A stretch of 64,000 nucleotides of DNA, from contig CBFGIT010000011.1 of NCBI GenBank assembly GCA_965648905.1, positions 3,810 through 67,809 on the forward strand. The letters run 5' to 3'. The position numbers and the translations under genes were made by a program. Origin of the DNA: a candidate division WOR-3 bacterium. Lineage in GTDB: Bacteria; Hydrothermota; Tepidihabitantia; Tepidihabitantales; Tepidihabitantaceae. Below the pieces are notes generated by a model that worked only from the letters and a program-made list of their open reading frames with translations, had not been told where the DNA came from and searched no databases. This document shows, piece after piece, positions 19,123 to 27,273 of this stretch (within the stretch, counting starts at the first letter, position 1; each line of letters begins with the position of its first letter).

Positions 19123-19238
19123 CTTTGTGGCTGCTTCGGTTGTGTGTGCGTGGCGTGCGCGCCGCGCAAGCGGTGCGCGTCCGCTTTCAACCGAACCCGA
19201 AGCCGCTGGACCGCGGGAGCAGCAGAAAGGACAGAACA

Positions 19239-19499
19239 ATGCCCGGAAGAGTCAGAGACAACATCGACCGTCAGTTCAAGTACACGGCCAAGACCAAGCC
19301 GGAACGGATAAAGCAGACCAGCGATGACGTCCGCGAGTATGCTCTGGCCCGGCATCAGGCGCGTCAGACCGAGCTTGCGGGCTTTGAAGTCCAGGCCAAG
19401 GAGGCAATCGACAACTCCGGTATCCCCTCGGCCCTGTACGTCAGCTACCTCAACTACTGCTCGCCAAGTGGAAGGTACGCGGCCTCGACGAGGACGTAA
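19239..19499 (+). CDS. small hypothetical protein (86 aa)
   Basis: ATG with an AAAGGA RBS and its own promoter. Charged, helical-looking sequence (MPGRVRDNIDRQFKYTAKTKPERIKQ...). The 3' end is uncertain because another frame reads LAKWKVRGLDEDVMRFLRFGLINVK up to 19536. Confidence 0.3.
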   Translation: MPGRVRDNIDRQFKYTAKTKPERIKQTSDDVREYALARHQARQTELAGFEVQAKEAIDNSGIPSALYVSYLNYCSPSGRYAASTRT

Positions 19500-19627
19500 T
19501 GAGGTTCCTCCGCTTCGGGCTGATAAACGTGAAGTAGCCCCACGCACGGCAAACATTCAGGTCGAGATCCGGGATCGGGGATTGCGGTGTCAGGGAACCG
19601 GAGACAGAGAGTTCCCGGGCGCGCCGG

Positions 19628-21490
19628 TCAGTCCAGCGCGACCTTGACCACTCTTGGTTCCAGGCCTGCCGGCAGCAGCACGAAGTAGACCCCGGGCGGA
19701 AGGTGGCGGACGTCGTTCGGGCCGGGCGCGAGCACCATCACTTTGCGGCCCGCAGCGTCGAGCAGAGCTGGTCTGGGGACACAATCCCAAACGTCGGACG
19801 TTTGGGTGATGTCCCTTGTCAGCCAGAGCACGCCGCGGACAATGGACGCATTCGTCATTCGGACTTCGGCCTTGGTCCTTTCCGCGATGCCCGTGCTCGG
19901 GCTGAAGCTCAAGTCGTCCCAGAAGTCATGGCCGCCGCGGCCTTCGAGCCAGAGACAAAGCCGGGCAAACTTTGTGTTGGCCGGCGCTTGTGCGATGCCG
20001 GTGGTCAGGTAGCGCCAGCCTGCACTGTCTGTGGCCAGCACGCCTGACGCGGCACTGCCCAGCACGTTGTACGCTGAGTCGTGCCACTGTATCAGGAGCT
20101 TTGCCCGGTTGTTCCTGCCGTCGTTCTTGTACGACCAGCCCGAGAACTCATAGCTTTCGCCGGGCAGTACCAGCACGTCCTGAAACAGCTTTGACTCGAC
20201 CGGCCAGGCTGCGCCCAGCGAGTCCGGGATGTGGCAGATGCTGGACCCGCCCGAGCGGACCAGTGCGGTCTCGCGCCGGTATTTGGCCTTGCGGCCCTCA
20301 TACCAGCCGACCGGGTTGGCTGATGTGTCAGACGGCACTGCCAGCGTATCAAGCTGCCAGGTCTCGGCGTCGCCATTGGTGAAGCTCGGATTGGGCCGGT
20401 TGAAGCTCTCGCGCAGTGCAGCCCAGAGCTCGGTGCGCGCAGCGTCGTAGCCCAAAGCCCACATCCCGGTCCCAAGCATGTTCTGCTCGTGCACTTTGCG
20501 ATACCGGAGCACAAGGCTTGTGTCGTCGTCGAACCAGCACTGGTACCAGCCGCCACTGTTGAACGCATACCAGGGCGACTGGCCCTCACTGTTCCAGCGG
20601 TAGCCGTGGGTCTGGGCCAGCCCGGCCGCGTCGCGGAAGTGCATTGCTGAACCCGGCCCGGTGGTGCGCGAGCGGACCGTGTCGGCATAGGTCGGCCACT
20701 GATACCCGTAGTAAGGCAGGCCGAACCAGACATCGCGCATGTGGCCAATCTGTCCCAGGTAGTGGTCTATTGCCATCTGCAGGTTGCCGTAGAAGGTCCA
20801 GCCGGAAAGCGGCGCAACCGGCCCGGCCTCAGGACCACCCATCCAGTGGAAATCATAGCCCATCAAGAACAAGCCGTCGGTCGTGTCCGCCAGGGCGCGA
20901 AGGTCGTAGGCGTTGTCCTGATTCAGAGGCGGCGTGGCCAGGGTCAGGTCCAGGCCGGCGGCCCGACAGGCCGCGGACATCCGCTGGACAAACAGGGTGA
21001 ACGTGTCGCGGTCCCCATACCACAGCCCTTCGAAATCGAGGTTGATGCCGTCAACCCCGGATGAGCAGGCCAGGGCGATAAGGTTGGGAATCGATGACGG
21101 TGCGCGGATAGCGCCGTGGATATTGGCCCAGTCAAAGCAGGTCGCGACCATCTCGACCTTGACGCCGTTGCGGTGGGCACGGTCGATGACGGCGGCCCAG
21201 TGGCGCGGGAAGTTGTTCGGGTTGGAGATGGAGCCGTCCGGGTTGAGCGTCACGTCGAACAGGCCGATGCGGTCGAGCAGGTCGTAGTGGAGCCAGCGCA
21301 TGTCAACCCAGTACGGCGAATAGCCGTAGATTGAGCGGGTAAGACTGGTCTCAGGCCGGGGAACAAGTGGAGCAGGCCGGCCTGAGAATGGTTCGGGCCG
21401 CACGGGCCGGCCCCGGTGCATTTCGGCATGGTCCTGGTGTCCGGCCAGCGCAACCGTGCAGATGAGCAGCAGACTGATGGAGCGGAGCAT
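19628..21490 (-). CDS. secreted GH18 (chitinase-like) glycoside hydrolase with a CBM-like domain and T9SS-type C-terminal domain
   Basis: GH18 catalytic motif VDGINLDFEG. The middle domain has the FTNGDAE..W pattern. C-terminus is IVRGVL ... LAPGPNDVRHLPPGVYFV. Confidence 0.8.
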   Translation of the reverse strand: MLRSISLLLICTVALAGHQDHAEMHRGRPVRPEPFSGRPAPLVPRPETSLTRSIYGYSPYWVDMRWLHYDLLDRIGLFDVTLNPDGSISNPNNFPRHWAAVIDRAHRNGVKVEMVATCFDWANIHGAIRAPSSIPNLIALACSSGVDGINLDFEGLWYGDRDTFTLFVQRMSAACRAAGLDLTLATPPLNQDNAYDLRALADTTDGLFLMGYDFHWMGGPEAGPVAPLSGWTFYGNLQMAIDHYLGQIGHMRDVWFGLPYYGYQWPTYADTVRSRTTGPGSAMHFRDAAGLAQTHGYRWNSEGQSPWYAFNSGGWYQCWFDDDTSLVLRYRKVHEQNMLGTGMWALGYDAARTELWAALRESFNRPNPSFTNGDAETWQLDTLAVPSDTSANPVGWYEGRKAKYRRETALVRSGGSSICHIPDSLGAAWPVESKLFQDVLVLPGESYEFSGWSYKNDGRNNRAKLLIQWHDSAYNVLGSAASGVLATDSAGWRYLTTGIAQAPANTKFARLCLWLEGRGGHDFWDDLSFSPSTGIAERTKAEVRMTNASIVRGVLWLTRDITQTSDVWDCVPRPALLDAAGRKVMVLAPGPNDVRHLPPGVYFVLLPAGLEPRVVKVALD

Positions 21491-21496
21491 CAGGAC

Positions 21497-21525
21497 ATTC
21501 TACCGGCAACACGCCCACCGCGCAA
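21497..21525 (-). promoter_or_regulatory. sigma70-like promoter TTGCGC-N17-TAGAAT, 6 nt upstream of the GH18 ATG
   Basis: Plus strand shows attcta at 21497-21502 and gcgcaa at 21520-21525. Confidence 0.4.
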
Positions 21526-21680
21526 AGCTGCGTCCTTGCCCTTGACTGCGAGATGGAACCGCAGAGAGTGCCGCGCAACGGGCAAGGTCAGAAGTCGGGC
21601 TGCTGAAGGCTGAAGCAGACAGGCCGCGCAGCAGATGTGCTCGATTGTCGAGTATTCTGTCAGGTGGAGCTGCTCTGGAG

Positions 21681-22550
21681 TCAGGCGGTGCCGGCCAGGG
21701 CGTATTCGGTCAGGCTGAAGTCGCAGCCTTCGTCAACCAGCACTGCGGCCGCAACCCAGCGCCCGCCTGGCGCATCGGGCAGGACGAGTTCGAGCTGGTT
21801 GTTGCCGCCTTCGCCGGCAACACCAAGGTGCTCCTTGACCGAGAAAGGCCAGGCATACTGCGGCGTGCCGAGCAGTCTGAATTCCGGCTCCTCGCCCCTG
21901 GGCCAGGCGAGTATGTAGACGCGGCAGAGCCCGCTTCGGGCCATCTGCCAGTCGTAGTCGAGCAGAAGACGATTGAGTGGCCCGCGCAGGAACGGAGCCC
22001 GGCAGAACAGCCAGGGTGCGACCGCGTCCGTCTTTGGCGCGGTTCGCTCGGGTCGGCCCGAGGCAATCGGGATGTAGAGTCCGGTTGCAGCCTGGTAGCC
22101 GCACGAAGGAGCCGGTTCTTCCGGGCGGCGCGAGGTGATGGTTATCTCGATTTGGGGCTGGTTGGTTCCCGCTTCGGCTTCCTGCTGACGAACCTCACAC
22201 AGCCACTCGTCATAGTCGCGTTCGCCCTTGGATTCGGCGTGGCGAGCGCACATCGGTACCAGGTTGTCGACTGAGGTCCGACCGCCGAGTGTCAGCGGTC
22301 GGCGGTGGACTAAGGTCGCTCGTTCGTGGTAGCAGCTTGGCACGGCGCATACGGTCCCGCGCAGCGCGGTGACTGCCTCTTCAATCTCCGGCGGCCAGGA
22401 CGGCGTATCAACATAGGCATAGTGGTCTTCGTGAGGTGTCGGCGGGTAGTGGTTGGCGCCGCAGCTCGGGCAGACCAGTTCCTTCTCCAGCCATTCCCAG
22501 GTAACGCTGGTTTCCCGGCCGCACTCGGGGCAGTTGTAATGCCACATCAT
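21681..22550 (-). CDS. zinc-ribbon + HNH nuclease domain protein with an uncharacterised ~150-aa C-terminal domain
   Basis: CPECG ... CPSCG ribbon, then HNH core HRRPLTLGGRTSVDNLVPMCARH. I do not recognise the C-terminal half. Confidence 0.6.
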   Translation of the reverse strand: MMWHYNCPECGRETSVTWEWLEKELVCPSCGANHYPPTPHEDHYAYVDTPSWPPEIEEAVTALRGTVCAVPSCYHERATLVHRRPLTLGGRTSVDNLVPMCARHAESKGERDYDEWLCEVRQQEAEAGTNQPQIEITITSRRPEEPAPSCGYQAATGLYIPIASGRPERTAPKTDAVAPWLFCRAPFLRGPLNRLLLDYDWQMARSGLCRVYILAWPRGEEPEFRLLGTPQYAWPFSVKEHLGVAGEGGNNQLELVLPDAPGGRWVAAAVLVDEGCDFSLTEYALAGTA

Positions 22551-22658
22551 GCGCCCCTCCTCTCTTGGGCGCCCCGGACTAAGAACCGGAATCGCTTTCG
22601 CACAGTTACCTCGAATGACATAATGGCAGCAATTGGGCTGAAGTCAAGCCCGGCGAGT

Positions 22659-23714
22659 TCAGGCAGGAGGTGCTGGTTGTAGTTCCTCGAAAGGGAGGCC
22701 GCGGCGCTGGTGCCAGGCCGGCACGTCGCCGAAGTAGTCGGCTATTTCGGCGTGTTCCTGGTCGGTGAGGAGGCTAATTTGGCGGGGAATTCGGTCAGAG
22801 AGGGCGGCGTCGCGGTTGGTGAGAGAGAAAAGCCTGACCCCGGCCTGTTCGAGTTCGAAGCTGCCGTGTTGCTGGCGGTCAAAGAGGACGAGGCAGGAGT
22901 CGATCTCCCCACCCCAGGCGCGGATCTGGTGTATGACCCGGGTCTTGGTCCAGCCGTGAACCATCGTATCATCGACCAGCAGGACCCGCTTGCGGAAGAG
23001 CTCGTGGTTCCTGATGCCTTCGAACGGGCTGGCTTCGGGATAGCGCTGTTCGCGTCGGGCGAAGAACATCGGCCGGGCGAGCTTCTGAGCGAGCAGGGCG
23101 GCAATCGCGATTGAGCCGGCTTCGATACCACAGATGAGATGGAAGTCGAGGTTGCGAATAAGCAGGGCGGCTGAGGCGATGATGAAGTCGTTCGCTTCCG
23201 GGTAGTTGGAGAGGCCTTTGACATCGATGTAGATTGGGCTGTAGTTGCGTCCGGCGTCGACACGATACAGGGGCCGAAGGTCACCCATGCTCACTTTGAT
23301 GGCGCCGATCTGCCAGAGCACGGCGGCGACGGTCTCGGCAAGGTTCCCGGACATGAGGCTGCGAATCTGCTCCAAGTCGGGCCGGATAATCCGTTGTTCG
23401 CGCAGGAGCCGATAGAACTTGGTCGCCTCGGCCGGTTCCAGCTCGAGCGCAAGCCGGGTCTGGTCGAGGTCATAGATGACGTGGAATCTTCCCAGCTCTC
23501 GGGTCGGGCCGAGCAGGGGATAGGTCTCGGCGTTGGATTCGCGCTGCCGCGGGCCGAGGGCCTTGGCCGACGGGTTGATGAGTCGGGCGTAGGTCCGGAA
23601 AAGGTCGTCGGCGAGTGCCGCGACTTCTTCGTATTCGAGGATGTATGGTGTGGTAGCGCGGACAACCGGGCCGGCACACTCAATTTCCCGCAATGGAACC
23701 TGTTTGAGTTTCAT
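22659..23714 (-). CDS. pyrE: orotate phosphoribosyltransferase with a 120-aa N-terminal extension (core could start at the ATG at 23354)
   Basis: OPRT core: YSPIYIDVKG, GIEAGSIAIAALLA, PRPP loop VLLVDDTMVHGWT. The extension is in frame with no stop and is not recognisable to me. Confidence 0.65.
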   Translation of the reverse strand: MKLKQVPLREIECAGPVVRATTPYILEYEEVAALADDLFRTYARLINPSAKALGPRQRESNAETYPLLGPTRELGRFHVIYDLDQTRLALELEPAEATKFYRLLREQRIIRPDLEQIRSLMSGNLAETVAAVLWQIGAIKVSMGDLRPLYRVDAGRNYSPIYIDVKGLSNYPEANDFIIASAALLIRNLDFHLICGIEAGSIAIAALLAQKLARPMFFARREQRYPEASPFEGIRNHELFRKRVLLVDDTMVHGWTKTRVIHQIRAWGGEIDSCLVLFDRQQHGSFELEQAGVRLFSLTNRDAALSDRIPRQISLLTDQEHAEIADYFGDVPAWHQRRGLPFEELQPAPPA

Positions 23715-23759
23715 CGCCGGCGGGCCGAGGACACTCCCGAATCCGAGAGTGAAGTCGGG

Positions 23760-24404
23760 CTATGTCCCCCTTGAGGCCTTGAAGCTCTGGAAGCGGGCGC
23801 TGTAGAAAAAGTTCCAGAGGGCCCGGGTCTTGCGCCGCAGCTCGGCCATCGAGCCTTTGTTCTCGAACACAAAGTCAGCACGACGCCAGACGCTCAGGTC
23901 CGGCTGCTGAAGTTTGAGTCGGGCTTTGACCTGTTCGACGCTCATTCCGACCTGGGTCATGCGCTCGACCTTGAGCCGCTCGGGTGCGGTGACCAGAATC
24001 GAGACATCCATCTCTTTGTCCAGTCCCCAGAAGAACAGAAGAGCAGCATCAACAACAACCAGCCCCTTCCGGTGCCGGTCGATCTCCTGACGCACGCGGG
24101 CGATCAGGGTCGGGTGGACGATGCGGTTCAGCTTGTTCAGGCTGGCGCGACTGGCAAACGCGGCATCGGCCAGGGCCCGGCGATCAACCCGGCCGCTCTT
24201 GGTCAGGATCGAGCGCCCGAAAGTGCGCACGACCGCTCGGTATTCAGGCGTGCCCTTGTTCAGGATGCCCCAGCCCATCTCGTCGGCGTCGATGACCTTG
24301 GCGCCGTAGCGGACCAGTTCGGCGGCAACCGTAGTCTTGCCCGCTCCCATGTTGCCGCCGATGCCAATGAGCAGCCGGTCCTGGGACAGCTTGCGGTCGA
24401 ACAT
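23760..24404 (-). CDS. coaE: dephospho-CoA kinase
   Basis: IGIGGNMGAGKTT P-loop, IDADE motif, and expected length. Confidence 0.85.
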   Translation of the reverse strand: MFDRKLSQDRLLIGIGGNMGAGKTTVAAELVRYGAKVIDADEMGWGILNKGTPEYRAVVRTFGRSILTKSGRVDRRALADAAFASRASLNKLNRIVHPTLIARVRQEIDRHRKGLVVVDAALLFFWGLDKEMDVSILVTAPERLKVERMTQVGMSVEQVKARLKLQQPDLSVWRRADFVFENKGSMAELRRKTRALWNFFYSARFQSFKASRGT

Positions 24405-24410
24405 CTTCGG

Positions 24411-25196
24411 CTACAGAACCTTGGCTTCTTCGTGCAGAAGCCGCACCAGCTCGGGCACGGCACTGCCCGGTTCACCTTCGATTACCCGGCCCGGCTTGCG
24501 GCCGGGCGGCAGACGGTCTTCGATGTACTCAAGCCGGCGGCTGAGCTGGTCTGTTCCGACCCCAAGCGCCGCCGCATCAAACACCGGAATCTCCTTGCGC
24601 TTGGCGGCCATCATCAGCTTCAGGGTTGGGTAGCGCGGCTCATAGGCGGCCTTGCCGATGGTGACGAGGCAGGGGAGTTTCGCGACCACAACCTCGGTCG
24701 CGCCTTCGACCTCGCGCCGGGCGGTAAGCTCACCGGTCTCCGGCGCCGCGGTCAACTCGGTGACGGCAGCAACATGCGGCAGGTCAAGAAAATGGGCGAT
24801 GGCGGCCGGTACCGCGGCCTGGTCGTCATCGACCGCCTGTCGGCCGCACAGTACCAGGTCATGGGACATCTTCTTCAGGGCCGCGGCCAGAACCCGGCCG
24901 ACCGAAAGCGCGTCGAGGTTGTCGAATCCCGGGTCGCTCAGATGAACCGCGCTGTCCAGACCCATTGCCAGACACGTCCGCAGCGCGGCTTTGACCCGAT
25001 CCGGCCCCAGGCCGACTGCCGTCACCGTTCCGGCCTGCAGCTTCTCCCTGATTCTCAGCGCGGTCTCAAGCGCGTACTCATCGAACGGATTGATGACCCA
25101 GTCGGCATCAGAGAGGTCGACGAACCCGGTCTGTGTGTTGACGCGGATTCTGGTTTCGGTCGAGGGAACCTGCTTGACGCAGACGACGATGTTCAC
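24411..25196 (-). CDS. etfB: electron transfer flavoprotein beta subunit
   Basis: MNIVVCVKQVP ... INPFDEYALE ... LVLCGRQAVDDD signature. Confidence 0.85.
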   Translation of the reverse strand: MNIVVCVKQVPSTETRIRVNTQTGFVDLSDADWVINPFDEYALETALRIREKLQAGTVTAVGLGPDRVKAALRTCLAMGLDSAVHLSDPGFDNLDALSVGRVLAAALKKMSHDLVLCGRQAVDDDQAAVPAAIAHFLDLPHVAAVTELTAAPETGELTARREVEGATEVVVAKLPCLVTIGKAAYEPRYPTLKLMMAAKRKEIPVFDAAALGVGTDQLSRRLEYIEDRLPPGRKPGRVIEGEPGSAVPELVRLLHEEAKVL

Positions 25197-25199
25197 CGA

Positions 25200-26459
25200 T
25201 TAGCCCTCGAACGCCCTGAGGCAGAGCGAAACGTTGTGCCCGCCGAAGCCGAACGAGTTGGACAGAGCGGCCCGAATCGAGCACTCCCGGGCCGAACCTC
25301 TCACAAAGTCCAGGTCCACGCCCTCGTCAGGTTGCTCGTGGTTGACCGTCGCATGGACCCGGTTGTGCTTAATCGACAAGGCGGTTGCAACCAGCTCCAT
25401 CGCCCCGGCGGCGCCGAGGCCGTGACCGATCATCGACTTGGTCGAGTTGACGGCCATCCGGCGGGCGTGGTCGCCGAACAGCTCGACGATGGCCTTGACC
25501 TCGGTCGCGTCGTTGAGCGGTGTCGACGTCCCGTGGGCGTTGACATAGTCGATGTCATCGGGTGTAAGCCCGGCTTCGGTCAAGGCGCGACGCATTGCCA
25601 TGATCGCTCCGAGCGCCGCCGGGTCGGGTGCGGTGATGTGATGGGCGTCGGCGGTTGCGCCGAACCCGGCAAGCTCGCAGTAAATCGGCGCGTTGCGGCG
25701 CACGGCATGGCCGAGCTCTTCAAGGACATAGACGGCGCAGCCTTCGCCGATGACGAATCCGTCCCGGTTGCGGTCGAAAGGCCGGGACGCTTTGCCCGGC
25801 TCGGCGTTACGCTTCGACAGAGCGCCCATGTTTGAGAACGCCGCGACCGTAAACTTGGTGATTGCGGCCTCTGAGCCGCCGGTAATCATCACGTCGGCAT
25901 CGCCGGCGATGATGTGGCGCATCGCGACACCGGTGGCGTGCGCTCCCGAGGCACAGGCCGACGTCGTGTCGTAATTCGGGCCGCGCAGTCCGTAGCTGAT
26001 GGCAATCTGGCCGCAGGCCATGTCGGGAATCATCATCGGGATTAGGAACGGCGACACCCGTCGCGGCCCCTTCTCCAGGAACATGGCGTGCTGCGCTTCC
26101 CAGGTCTGAACCCCGCCCATACCCGAGCCGATGATTGCGCCGACTCGGTTACGGTCCAGGGCGTCGAAGTCCAGCCGAGCATCCTTGACCGCTTCGTCCG
26201 CGGCGTAGAGCGCAAACTGCGTGAACCGGTCGCTGCGCTTCACCAGCTTCGGGTCAAGACGCTTCGTCGGGTCGAAGTCCTTGACCTCGGCGCCAATCTG
26301 GACCTCGAGGTCGGCCGGGTCGAACGCGGCAATGCGCGCGATACCGGTCTGACCCTGCAACAGGCTCTGCCAGAAGCCGGGGACATCGTTACCGACCGGT
26401 GTGACCGCGCCCAGCCCGGTCACGACCACGCGCCGGCGACCGCTAACCTCGGTTGCCAT
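25200..26459 (-). CDS. fabF: 3-oxoacyl-ACP synthase II
   Basis: RVVVTGLG, active-site TACASG, HGTSTPLND, and GHNVSL C-terminus. Confidence 0.9.
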   Translation of the reverse strand: MATEVSGRRRVVVTGLGAVTPVGNDVPGFWQSLLQGQTGIARIAAFDPADLEVQIGAEVKDFDPTKRLDPKLVKRSDRFTQFALYAADEAVKDARLDFDALDRNRVGAIIGSGMGGVQTWEAQHAMFLEKGPRRVSPFLIPMMIPDMACGQIAISYGLRGPNYDTTSACASGAHATGVAMRHIIAGDADVMITGGSEAAITKFTVAAFSNMGALSKRNAEPGKASRPFDRNRDGFVIGEGCAVYVLEELGHAVRRNAPIYCELAGFGATADAHHITAPDPAALGAIMAMRRALTEAGLTPDDIDYVNAHGTSTPLNDATEVKAIVELFGDHARRMAVNSTKSMIGHGLGAAGAMELVATALSIKHNRVHATVNHEQPDEGVDLDFVRGSARECSIRAALSNSFGFGGHNVSLCLRAFEG

Positions 26460-26488
26460 CGAAACTCATGCGGAATCGGCCGAGAAGA

Positions 26489-26731
26489 CTACTTCTTCTC
26501 GGCCATCCGCCGCTGCAGGTAGTCCACCGCCTTGCCGACAGTGGTCAACTGCTGCGAATCTTCGTCCGGTATCTCGATACCGAACTTCTCTTCGAACGCC
26601 ATCACTAGTTCGACGATGTCGAGCGAATCCGCACCCAGGTCATCAACGAAATGGGCGCTGTCAGTGACCTTTTCCGGGGTCACGTGCAACTGCTCAACAA
26701 TGATGTTCTTGACATCGTCAGTCAGGGCCAT
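26489..26731 (-). CDS. acpP: acyl carrier protein
   Basis: DLGADSLD phosphopantetheine site. Start set at the ATG preceded by AAGGAGG. Confidence 0.9.
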   Translation of the reverse strand: MALTDDVKNIIVEQLHVTPEKVTDSAHFVDDLGADSLDIVELVMAFEEKFGIEIPDEDSQQLTTVGKAVDYLQRRMAEKK

Positions 26732-26809
26732 CGATTCCTCCTTAGGGAACTTATCGCGGCCGGTGCTTTCGGCCACGCTACCGTTGCCGCAGGCTAATGC
26801 GAACGTAGC

Positions 26810-26837
26810 AGTTTATCAACCGAGCGGACAAAGTCAA
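26810..26837 (-). promoter_or_regulatory. sigma70-like promoter TTGACT-N16-TAAACT for acpP-fabF
   Basis: Plus strand shows agttta at 26810-15 and agtcaa at 26832-37. About 80 nt of leader with a strong SD. Confidence 0.45.
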
Positions 26838-26850
26838 TCTCGGCGGGCAG

Positions 26851-27273
26851 TTAGCGACCGAGCAGGAGCTTCAGGCCGGTCGCGGCGTCGCGGCCGCGGC
26901 GGACGCGAACGTGGCCAGGGACCAGCGTGACCTCACATGTGACCGTGACCCGGGCCGAGATGAGGTGGCCGGCGAAGGCTTGTAGGCGGCGGTTGCTGAT
27001 GACCGCATGGGTATGGCAGACCGGTTGTTTGCCGTCCCAGGCGATGTTGCCGAGCAGCGCGGTAATCTCGTAGTCGCCCCGGAAGGTGCGCTGACAGTAG
27101 GCGCGTCGTGCCGGGTCGAAGAATCCGAGCGTTATGTCCCGGGCCGCGCCGAGTCCGGTGAGGTAGCCTGACCGGATGCGGCGGCTGCGGATGAAGGCGC
27201 GGAGGGTCTCAAGTACTTCTTCGCCGCGCTCGAGGCGCAGGACGTAGGCGGAGCGGGTGTCGATGGGTATCAA
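26851..27273 (-). CDS. PPC (DUF296) domain protein
   Basis: LRLERGEEVLETL ... GLGA ... ITALLGNI ... HTHAVIS pattern. The TTG start overlaps the topA TGA (TTGA). Confidence 0.55.
   Translation of the reverse strand: MIPIDTRSAYVLRLERGEEVLETLRAFIRSRRIRSGYLTGLGAARDITLGFFDPARRAYCQRTFRGDYEITALLGNIAWDGKQPVCHTHAVISNRRLQAFAGHLISARVTVTCEVTLVPGHVRVRRGRDAATGLKLLLGR

Noticed and set aside
18655-19239. 194-aa minus-strand ORF across the hairpin-dense region
   Set aside because: Arg/Pro/Gly/Cys-rich with no RBS or promoter, and it runs through multiple perfect palindromes.
21681-23714. Retron-like or PRTase-based anti-phage system
   Set aside because: There is no reverse transcriptase, no msr/msd-like inverted repeats and no other defence genes. 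The PRTase has all the hallmarks of housekeeping PyrE. It is kept only as an unexplained gene pairing.
24072-25835. 587-aa plus-strand ORF. Similar long antisense ORFs are 60620..62389, 46412..47563, 15993..17138, 29400..30776, 32220..33623 and 10269..10964.
   Set aside because: Each lies antisense to a gene with clear family motifs (etfB/fabF, valS, the PP-loop ATPase, the TPR protein, HAD/HIT, the methyltransferase, the helicase). All have shadow-ORF composition.
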